Assembly: GCA_035084275.1 (NCBI GenBank)
Contig: CM068761.1
Span: 9,114,001-9,178,000, forward strand
Length of the DNA stretch: 64,000 bases
Source of the DNA: Hydrolagus colliei
Taxonomy: Eukaryota
Reading direction: 5' to 3'
Part shown: piece after piece, positions 37,735 through 46,782 of the stretch
Layout of the letters: the number at the start of each line of letters is the position of its first letter
Numbering within the stretch: position 1 is the stretch's first letter
Translations under genes and position numbers: made by a program
The notes under the pieces: generated by a model
The model's input: only the letters and a program-made list of their open reading frames with translations
Database searches by the model: none
What the model was told of the DNA's origin: nothing

Positions 37735-39290
37735 GAAGGTAGATTGAAGGTTGATGACCTCCATTCCCTCAAGGGCAGATGCGGGCCGCTGAACGCACCT
37801 GGCTCAAATCCGGGTTAATGGTCCACCGGCACATCTGGCTGGACCTCACGTCACCTCATCGCTCCGCCCTATCCTCCGCTAAATTGTCCTTCTACTCCAA
37901 GATAATCCTGGAGGCGAAGGACAATCTCCGGCTTCTCTTCTCCACCACCAACCATCTCCTCCGACTCCCCGCCTCCCCTTGAACTCCTGCTGTGAAGAGA
38001 TGTTGGATTTCCTTGAGACCAAAATCGAGGCAGGGGGTGGTTGGGGGGAGGGATGGGGTGGATGTGATAATATACAGATAGATAGAGATGGGGGGGATGT
38101 GAGAGAGGAGAGAGACACAGAGACACAGACAGAAAAACACAGAGATGGAGAGAGTGAGTGTGAGAGACACAGAGAGAGAAAGATATTTATCTCCTGAGGA
38201 GATAGGCCCCGAATGCACGCTCATGCGCAGTACGAAAAACCCCAAATATCGATATTTCAGTATATCTCGATTTGAGCCCATCGATATATCTAAATCGGAA
38301 AATTTCCATATCGACGGACCCTAGTATGCGGATGACACCCAAATCTACCTTTCTGCGTCCACCCTCGACTGCAGGACTACTGGTGTTCTGAATGCATGTC
38401 TGTCCGACATTGAGTCCTGGACGAGGGCCAATTTCCTCCAGCTCAATGACAACAAGACGGAAGCGCTCCTGATTGGCTCACATGAGCGCCTCCCCACCTC
38501 AGGCACTGACAACATCAGCATCCAAGGCTGCTCTCTCCACCTCTCGAAGCCAGTCAGGAATCTGGGCATCTTGTTTGACCCCGAACTGTTCTTCCTCCAT
38601 GACAGGTACAGCCTTCCACCACCTCCGCAATATTGCCAGACTCCGCCACTACCACCTCCCCCACCCATGCTGCAGAAACTCTCATTCACGCCTTTATCAC
38701 TTCCAGGCTCAGCTATGGGAACTCTCTCCTCATCAGCCTTCCCAGCTCCTCCCTTCACAGGCTGCAGATCATTTAGAACTCTGCAGCTCATTTACTCTCC
38801 CTCACCAAGCTCCGCGACCACATCATTCCCACCCTCGCCCGTCTCCACTGGCTCCCCATCCCCCAGAGGATCGAATTCAAGATCCTCATCTTCATCTTCA
38901 AGGCCATTCACGGTCTTGCCCCCATCTATCTCTCCGATCTGCTGTCTCCCTATCAGCCTATCCATCCCCCTCTGCTCAGCAGGCTCTGGCCTGCTCCCCG
39001 TCCACCGCCCTAATCACCCTACTTCAGTGGACGGGCTTTCAGCCTCTCTGCTCCCACACTGTGGAACTCCATCCCGCAATCCCTTTGCCTCACTTCTTCT
39101 TTTTCCTCCTCTTCGAGTGTACCTTCTGCTCCCCTCCTAACTCTTCCCCCTCTCCAACTCTCCTTCCCCTTCCCCCTTCCCCGACCCTTCCCACCCTGCT
39201 CGGGTACCGATCTGACTGTTCAGGTGTTTGGGACATCCTCCCGACGTCAAAGGCGCTCTATAAATGTAATTTTGTTGTTGTTGTTGTTGT
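37735..39290 (+). mobile_element. L2 LINE fragment with internal deletion and hAT copy D
   Basis: ORF2 motifs on both sides, YADD at about 38325, (TTG)n tail. Confidence 0.88.
38032..38323 (-). mobile_element. Non-autonomous hAT element, copy D (left end only)
   Basis: Reverse complement of the left TIR and subterminal region of copies A-C; abuts the L2 YADD codons. Confidence 0.88.
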
Positions 39291-39390
39291 ATATTGAATG
39301 GCTGGACAATGAGACAACAGCCGCTGCTGCTGCTGGAAAGATATTTCTGGAATCCAGGTCGTGCACACACAGTCATATATTCAGCAAACG

Positions 39391-39545
39391 AAAACCGAAA
39401 TATCTGGGAACACTCAACAGGTCAGTTCTAACGAAGGGTTAGATATGAAACATTGACTTACTTTTCTTTCTCCATAGATGCTGCCTGACCTGCTGAGTGT
39501 TCCCAGTAATTTCTGTTTTTGTTTCAGATTTACAGCATCTGCAGT
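39391..39545 (+). mobile_element. Penelope-like element terminal remnant with inverted repeat
   Basis: GATGCTGCCTGACCTGCTGAG...CAGCATCTGCAG end plus an inverted copy at 39404-39425; recognised from memory of shark PLE ends. Confidence 0.6.
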
Positions 39546-41004
39546 ATTTTGAGTTTTTGCTAATATATTCAGAGTTTGGTATCTACATTGAGTAACATGT
39601 ATAATGAGAAGCAATGCTTCCCACACTTTACAGTCTATTCTGCGAAGCACTTTGAGATATCTCAATGATGTGATAAGGCGCTATATAAAATGCATAATTA
39701 TTATTCCTGTTTCTGCAATTCATTTCCACCAATGGCTTCTTCTCCAGTCCTCACACTTTAATATGCAGCATTCCTCAGGGCTCTCTCCTTTATAATATCT
39801 GAATGCTCCCGCTCAATGTTATAATCTGCACACTTTCAGTTAATTTTCATACGTGGGATGTATGTAGATAATACCCAGCTCCCTCTCTATGCCTTCACTG
39901 TCATCTCTTAGATGACGGCTGTCCTGACAAAATGCCTGTCAAAAATCAAGTATTGGATGAGAACTAATTTCCTCCAGGTGAATTGTTGACAAGATCGAGG
40001 CCTTCCTGCTTGGCTTCCATTATTTTCTCCTCTTCTCCGGCACAGACAGCTTCCCTATCCATGGATGCACTCTCCACCTCACCGAGCCATTACAGATCCT
40101 CAGGTGTTGTTTGATCCTCAAATGTTCATTAACAACAACAACCTGGATTTATATAGTGCCCATCATGCCAGATGGCATCTCAGAGCACTTCCCAATAATG
40201 GATCCCGGGGTTTAGCCAGGGGAGGGGTAAAAGGTAAACTAAATTGTGGTCAAAAAGAAAGATCTTTAGCCGAGACATGAAAATAAGAATAGAGGGGGCG
40301 AGGCAAAGGGAATGAGGAAAGGAGTTCTTGAGTTTCGGGGCGTAGTGGCTAAAGCCACCGAGGGGGGAACAGAGGATTCAAGGGACAAGGAGGAGGCCAG
40401 ACCCAGTAGAGTGAAGGCAATAGATGCTGTTGTGAGGAGAGAGGAGGTCAGAGAGGTAGGGGTGTGCAGAGGAGAGGATCTTGAGTTAGTATCTTGAAAT
40501 CGATCCTCTCTGAGACAGGGAACCAGTGCAGTCTGGCAAGGACTGGGGTAATCGGAGAATGGAGTTTGGCATGGGTGAGAATGTGTGCAGCAGAATTCTG
40601 CATAACCTGGATTTCATGAATGGTAGCGGAGGGAAGACCGGCAAGGAGGGCATTTGAATAGTTCAAACGAGTGGTGATGAAGGCATGGATGAGGCTTTTG
40701 GCGAGAGATATTGGCGGAGACGGACGATGCATCGGAAGTGGAAGAAGGTGGTGCAGGTGAGCGACAGCATGTGGGGTGGGAAGGATCATTGGGGGGGTCG
40801 AACCTGATGCCTAGGTTGCCTACGAGTTCAGAGAGGTTTAGAGGCAGGTTCGGCAGTTGGAAGGAGGAGAGATTGGCTTGAAGAGAGATAAGCACCTGGT
40901 TAAATTCCGCATTTCCAATTGGTAGAACCGTCGCTTAAAGGGAAGGGACATGTGTCAAGCTGCAGATAGAAAGAGGATGGTAATGTTCTCACACATTTTA
41001 TGTT

Positions 41005-41890
41005 CATAGAATCACAGAATTTTATAGCGCAAAAGGAGGCCATTTGGTCCATCACATCTGTGCCGATTCTTTGAAAAAAACTATTCAAAATCAATCCCAC
41101 TCCCCAGTTCTCTCCCCATTTCCCAGCAAATCCGTCCTCCCCAAATAACCATCCACCTTTTCTTTAAAATTTGTTATTGAATTGGCCTCTATCACCCTTT
41201 CAGGCAATGCATTCCAGAATCAAACAACTTGCTGTGTGAAAAAAATTATCCTCACCTCCCCTCTGCTTCTTTTGGAAAATATTTTAAATCTGTAACCTCG
41301 AGTCACTGAGAAACCCACCAGTAGAAACTGTTCTTCCTTGTTTACCCTGTTGAATGCCCTCGTGATTTTGAAAACCTCTATTAGGTCTCTCTTTGTAACC
41401 TTCCCTGCTCTAATGAGAATACCCAGCCTCGCCAGCCTTTCTTCATAGCTCAAGTCCCTCATTTCTGGTACCATCCTGGTAAATCTCCTCTGCACCCTTT
41501 CCAATGCCTTAACATCCTTCCTAAAGTGTGGTGCCCAGAACTGAACACAGTACTCTAGCTGAAGCCTAACAAACATTTTATAACTTCCTGTCATCCTGAC
41601 TTTTGTACTCTATGCCCCTATTTATAAAGCCTAATATCCCGTATGCAGTCTTGTCTACCTGTCCTGTCACCTTGCATCACCTCCCATACAAAAAACTTCA
41701 TCTGTCATGTGTCTGTCCATTTTATCATTCTGTCTATGTCCTCTTGCAGTCTGCTACTATCCTCCTCACTATTTATTACTTTTCCTAACTTGATATCATC
41801 TGCAAACTTGTACTGTCTATACCCAAGTCCAGATCATCTATATTTATTGTAAAGAGCACTGGTCTAAATACCAAGCCCTGGGGGACTGGT
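41005..41890 (-). mobile_element. CR1 LINE 3' fragment
   Basis: LEYCVQFWAPHFRKDVKALERVQRRFTRM peptide, KFADD motif at about 41790-41810, TTCTATGA-type tail. Confidence 0.9.
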
Positions 41891-41939
41891 TGAGCTGTGT
41901 TCAGTTGGTTTGCCCACCATCAAACCTGTACTTGTTGGA

Positions 41940-44390
41940 GTCAAATGACAAACTAATGGGATATGGATGAGTATAGACCATACTCTTCTGTCCGTGGAAA
42001 AGGCTACTCCCTGAGATCCCCATAAAGGCTCTCACATTGTCTGACATCCTATCCATCTGGTCTTCCGCCGACACAGATCCTGAACCAGCCGTCCATCTGC
42101 ACCATGATTGCAAATTCTCCATCTTCAACTCTCTCATCCCCCTGAAATCCAGGGCCATCTCCAAAGCTACACAATCCTCCTGGTATAACAGTCATCTCCA
42201 CTCCCTAAAAACCAAACCCTGACTGCCCAAGCACAGATGGCAGAAAACCAGCCTGACAGTTCACCACCAACTGTGGCTTGAGCATCTCCACAGCTACTGC
42301 CGTTCTTTGTCACATGAGAAAACGGCTTGCTAATCCGACATCATCCTGGAGGCAAAACACAACACTAAAGTCCCTTTTTCCACCACCCACTACCTCCTCC
42401 GTGCGCCCCCTCAAGCCTCCTTCAATCTTCACATCAAATGCCAAGTACGAGGAGGTCATGGACTTCTTTTCCACCAAAATAAATAATATTCGCCAGGCAG
42501 CCTCATTCTCCTGCCCCATCATCAGCACGTACCATGATCCCCATCCTACATTCCTTCCTCCCCATCTCTACTTCCTCCCTCTCACCCACCATCACTTCAA
42601 TGAAACCCACCACCTGCTGCCTCGACCCCCTTCCCATCAATTTGCTGGTCACCCAGCTCACCCTCCTCTGTCCACTGCTGACTGCCATTATCAATCCGTC
42701 CCTCTCCTCAGAATCAGTCCCTGCCACCCTCAAAACCATTGTCATCACCTCCTCCTCAAAAAACCTACCCTAGCCAATACTGCTCCATTTCAAACTTGCC
42801 TTTCATTGCCAAAGTAAAGTTACTGTCAATCAACTCTGCACCCACCTCTCCTCCCATTCCCTTTGCAAACCCCTCCAGTCCGGTTGTTAGAGATTAAATT
42901 ACTCCTCTCTTTAAAACAGATTTGTTTATTCAGGTATACTCATTGAGCTGACACTAAAGCATATAAAACGACTACAATGCATGCAAAAGCCAACCACTCT
43001 ATTACTTCTGTTCCCTTCCGATTCTTCTTTTACTTTGTTCACCCTTTTCGCCTATTCCTTCTTATCCGATTCTGCCTCGGGTCTCAATATTGCATTATGC
43101 TCTAGTCTTCACTTTTGGAGTTTACCTGTCATCTACCTCTTGTGATAACGCTCCATTACACACTAGGTTTCTCATAATGCAATCTCATACACCAATATAA
43201 TACCCGGCACGCATTCTTCAGGTTAAAAGGGAATAGTCCTTTCTCTTCCTTGCTTCCTCTCAGTCGGTCTCGGGGAAAAGTAGGGGTGTTGATCTCTTTG
43301 GGGGTCTCCTGTCTCGTTACAGCTCTTCCATCAGTTGGTTCCCTTTCTCGAGAGCGGTTTGGCTACTGTCAGTTATAGTTTCTTCCATCAGTTGTTTCTC
43401 CTTCTCGAGAGCGGCTTGGCTACTGTCACATTACAGTATCTTCCATCAGGTCCTTCTCCTTCTGCTCCTCCGTCTCCGCTCTGCTCTATTCCTCTGTCTC
43501 AACACTTTTATCCTTTCTTGGACACATGGTGTTCACGTGAACATCTCATGCCACTCTCGTGCTTATTCACATTCTCTTTTACACCCAACTCTGCCTTTCT
43601 TCGCAAATAAGCTCTTCTTATCGCAGTTTATTCTAGCCGGTTTCTAATGGTGACCTTGACAACTCAAACTATGTGCAGCAACTTCCTTTATCTTGTACAG
43701 CAGTTATACAAAAACATCACATAGCATCATTCTAGCCCACTCTCTGTTTTTAACAGTCTATACTAATTTTATCCAGTTCTTCACCAACTCTAACACGGTT
43801 TCTGCCCTGTCCACAGTTCAGAGAAACTGCGAAAGTTTCACTGAACTGTGAAACTTCAGTGAAAGTCACAAACGACATCCTCTCTATCTGTAACTAGGGC
43901 TCCCTCTGCCTCCTTGTCCTCCTGGATCTCTCTGCCGCTTTCAACACAATCGATCACACCATCATCCTGCACTGTCTGTCCTCCGTCATCCATCTCAATG
44001 GGACCGCAGTTGCCTGGTTCGAGTCCTACCTCACAAACCACCAGCAGTACATCTACACAAATCGCTTTTCCTCCCATCCTCATGCAGTTACCTGTGGGGT
44101 ACCCCAAGGATCCATCTTTGGCCCCCTCCTCTTCCTGATCTACATGCTCCCTCTTGGTGATGTCGTTCATAGACATGAGGTACACTTACACAGATATGCA
44201 GACAACACCCAACTCTATTTTGCCACTTCACTATGCGACCCCCCACCCACCCCCCACCCCCAGTCCCCTGATGTTCTGTCAGCCTGCCTGTCAGGTATCA
44301 CGAGTTGGATGAGTGTGAATGTTGACAAGACGGAAGACATACTCTTTGGCTCTCGTCAACATCTTCAATCACACGGCTCTCAATCCCCCT
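41940..44390 (+). mobile_element. L2 LINE fragment split by the solo LTR
   Basis: RT motifs (FNTIDHTIILHCLS, PQGSIFG, YADN) resume after 43799. Confidence 0.88.
42885..43795 (-). mobile_element. Solo LTR (911 bp; ERV class I or Gypsy type) inserted in an L2
   Basis: TGTTAGAG...CTCTAACA termini; 4-bp TSD CGGT (42881-42884, 43796-43799); L2 resumes in register; internal 57-58 bp repeats. Strand is inferred only from an AATAAA on the - strand at 42925-42930. Confidence 0.85.
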
Positions 44391-45220
44391 TATGTGGAGA
44401 ATAGGGGTCAGAGGGTGGTTGAGGGGAGATAGGATGGTAGTGATCATTAGTAAAGTGGAAGTGAAATGGATTGAATGGATTCCCTCGATTTTGGACTTGA
44501 GGAATTCCAACATCTCCTCACAATCAAAGCATGAGAAGAAAATAGGTGAGGTGTAGGCTGCTGGATAGTTGCCCCTGCCCCTAGCTCGGTCCCATGATCA
44601 ATTCTTGTGAAGCGCTCCGAGACGCCGTCTGGTGTGGAGGGCGCTATATAAATCAAATCCGTTGTTGTTGTTGCCTTTGTTATTTGGCACGAGTGGTTAA
44701 AATGCATTGACAGTGGAGATCGGAAGAACGTGTTCCCCTCCCTCCCCATCCCAACATATTGCACAACTGGTTTCTCTGACTGTCTCACAGCCCTAAATCA
44801 TATTATTTAAGTCACATTATTTTGTGTCTGCCATTATTATTTTCCAACATTCCTTGTCTTTTTTCAGTGGACCTTATGGCAGGTGACTCCCAAACATTCT
44901 CCTGATTCTGTTGTCAGTTACTTGTCCTTAGTGAGACAGCATAATGGGTATCAGAAAGTGTTATTTAGTAATGGAATAATTGAATGAACTGACTCGTGTT
45001 ATCTGGTCAATTTAGCAAAGAGAAATCGTATTTTATTCTGATTTAGTTTTCTGGTAACATTCCTGAGTATTGTCCTGGGATGCAGTTCATAGATTGTAAT
45101 GGATTTCAAGACCACCAAAGGCCTTTCCTGGTGGGACAATTATAAACATCATCTCATTGGAGGCGTTTGCCCAGCGACGCTCCTGTCACTGTTACCAGTG
45201 GGCCAAGTGCCCAGAAATTA

Positions 45221-45292
45221 AACCCGCCCAATGAGGCGAGAACCCGCCCAATGAGGCGAGAAGCCGCCCAATGAGGCGAGATCCCGCCCAAT
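45221..45292. repeat. 20-bp tandem repeat AACCCGCCCAATGAGGCGAG, 3 units plus a partial
   Basis: Direct reading. Confidence 0.95.
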
Positions 45293-46287
45293 CAGCAAAC
45301 ATTGGCAGCGGGTCTCAGGGCGACTGAATTTATTGGTGGATCCCCTCCCCCCAGCGGTGCGTATTGGCTGCGTATTGGCATCCACCCCCAGCACGTTAGG
45401 TTGGCGGTCAGGTGTCCATCACCCCGGTAACACGCCCCCCTCCCCGGCCAGCCAGTCACCCTTTCCTGCCTCGGGGCCCCGCGCTATTGTATTTCATGTT
45501 CCCGAGGCCTCCACTGCACCAATTTATAATAATCCTGACAACCCTGGCGAGTTATAAGGAATTAAGATACAAACAGTCGGTTTGGGGGGTTAGCGCTGAC
45601 ACGTGTTGAGTGTAAAGCAATTAAAAGCATCTGTATCATGGCTGAAAATACCAGCAGCCGCGGGTCGGTAACATGAATGGTTTTGCTGAGAGTGGATCGG
45701 AGAACATGTCAATATGAGGGATTGGATAAGGGAACTGTATAATGGGCTGCAGTGAAATATTGTTCTCACTCGTTTATTTCCTGACTGTCAGTGACAGCGG
45801 AAGGGTGGGGGGGAGGGGGGGGATACCTTGTGGATTTTAGCCAAAGAACATTGAGATGACGCTCCAACAAGAGCTTTCCGTCCAATATTAATAGTAAATA
45901 GCAACTGATAATCTGCGGCAAATTGGGTGAATGTTGGAATTTAACCCGACAATAACCACACAGTTTGCTATTGGAATTACCAGCCACCTTCCCGCTGCTT
46001 GTTCAGCTGGCACCAAGTGTGTAGTCATGGCGTTGGCTTGCGGAACAGTCATCATTTGTCAGTAAATAAAATGATCAATAAAACAGTGTCAGTGATGGCA
46101 ATGAATCTGTGACTTTATTAAGCGGAGCTACTTAATAATGAAACAATGTGATTGTTAAGAGCCAGGAAACTAGCAAGACGCAGAAATGGCAATCAGCTAT
46201 TCCTAGATAATTGTACATTAATTAAGAATCCGGGAATCGCTGCGATCATTTAAAATAATGAATGAAACACAAGTAAAACAAGTTTTT

Positions 46288-46293
46288 TTTATT
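46288..46293 (-). terminator. IgL cluster 1 polyA signal AATAAA
   Basis: About 170 bp downstream of the TGA, followed by an A-run. Confidence 0.75.
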
Positions 46294-46459
46294 GCAAACT
46301 CAAACTACTCCACATTTTGATCTAAATTACAACTGCATCGAAATACAGACGGCGCGATACTGTGACACAGTTTGGCTCGTTATCAAAATGTGGGAATGTC
46401 GAATTGAACATTTCTCAACCAGGCTCCGTGGGCAGTACAGTTCAGTACAGTTCCCGGAA

Positions 46460-46782
46460 TCATACACAGGTGGATCTGGCGATGGTTGTTTTAAGAGGAT
46501 CTGCCCGAGCCTCGTGTGTGACCAGACAGGAATACAGCTCGTGTGACTCCCACTCGGAGGCTGGCAGAGTCAGATAACTGCTCACACTGTACGTGTTGTC
46601 CACCTCCTGCTTGATCGCACTCGTTTCAACACCTTCACTTCTGGCACTGCCATCCACAGTCCACTTGACCTCCACAGCTCCCGGGGTAAAATCATTCACC
46701 AGACACACCAGGGTCGCCTTGCTCTTTGCTGTGATTTGATCTGGTGACGGCGGAAGGACAGTCACCGAAGGGCCCCGTGGGT
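46460..46782 (-). CDS. IGL: IgL cluster 1 constant exon (lambda-like)
   Basis: DPRGPSVTVLPPS...ATLVCLV...YSVSSYLTL...YSCLVTHE...TCV*; ttccag acceptor. Confidence 0.96.

Noticed and set aside
33100-44500. An additional host gene between HIRA and IgL
   Set aside because: All sizeable ORFs map to L2, CR1, hAT or LTR sequence; no spliceable non-repeat exons recognised.
45221-45292. 20-bp repeats as a CRISPR-like array
   Set aside because: Head-to-tail units with no spacers, in a vertebrate genome.
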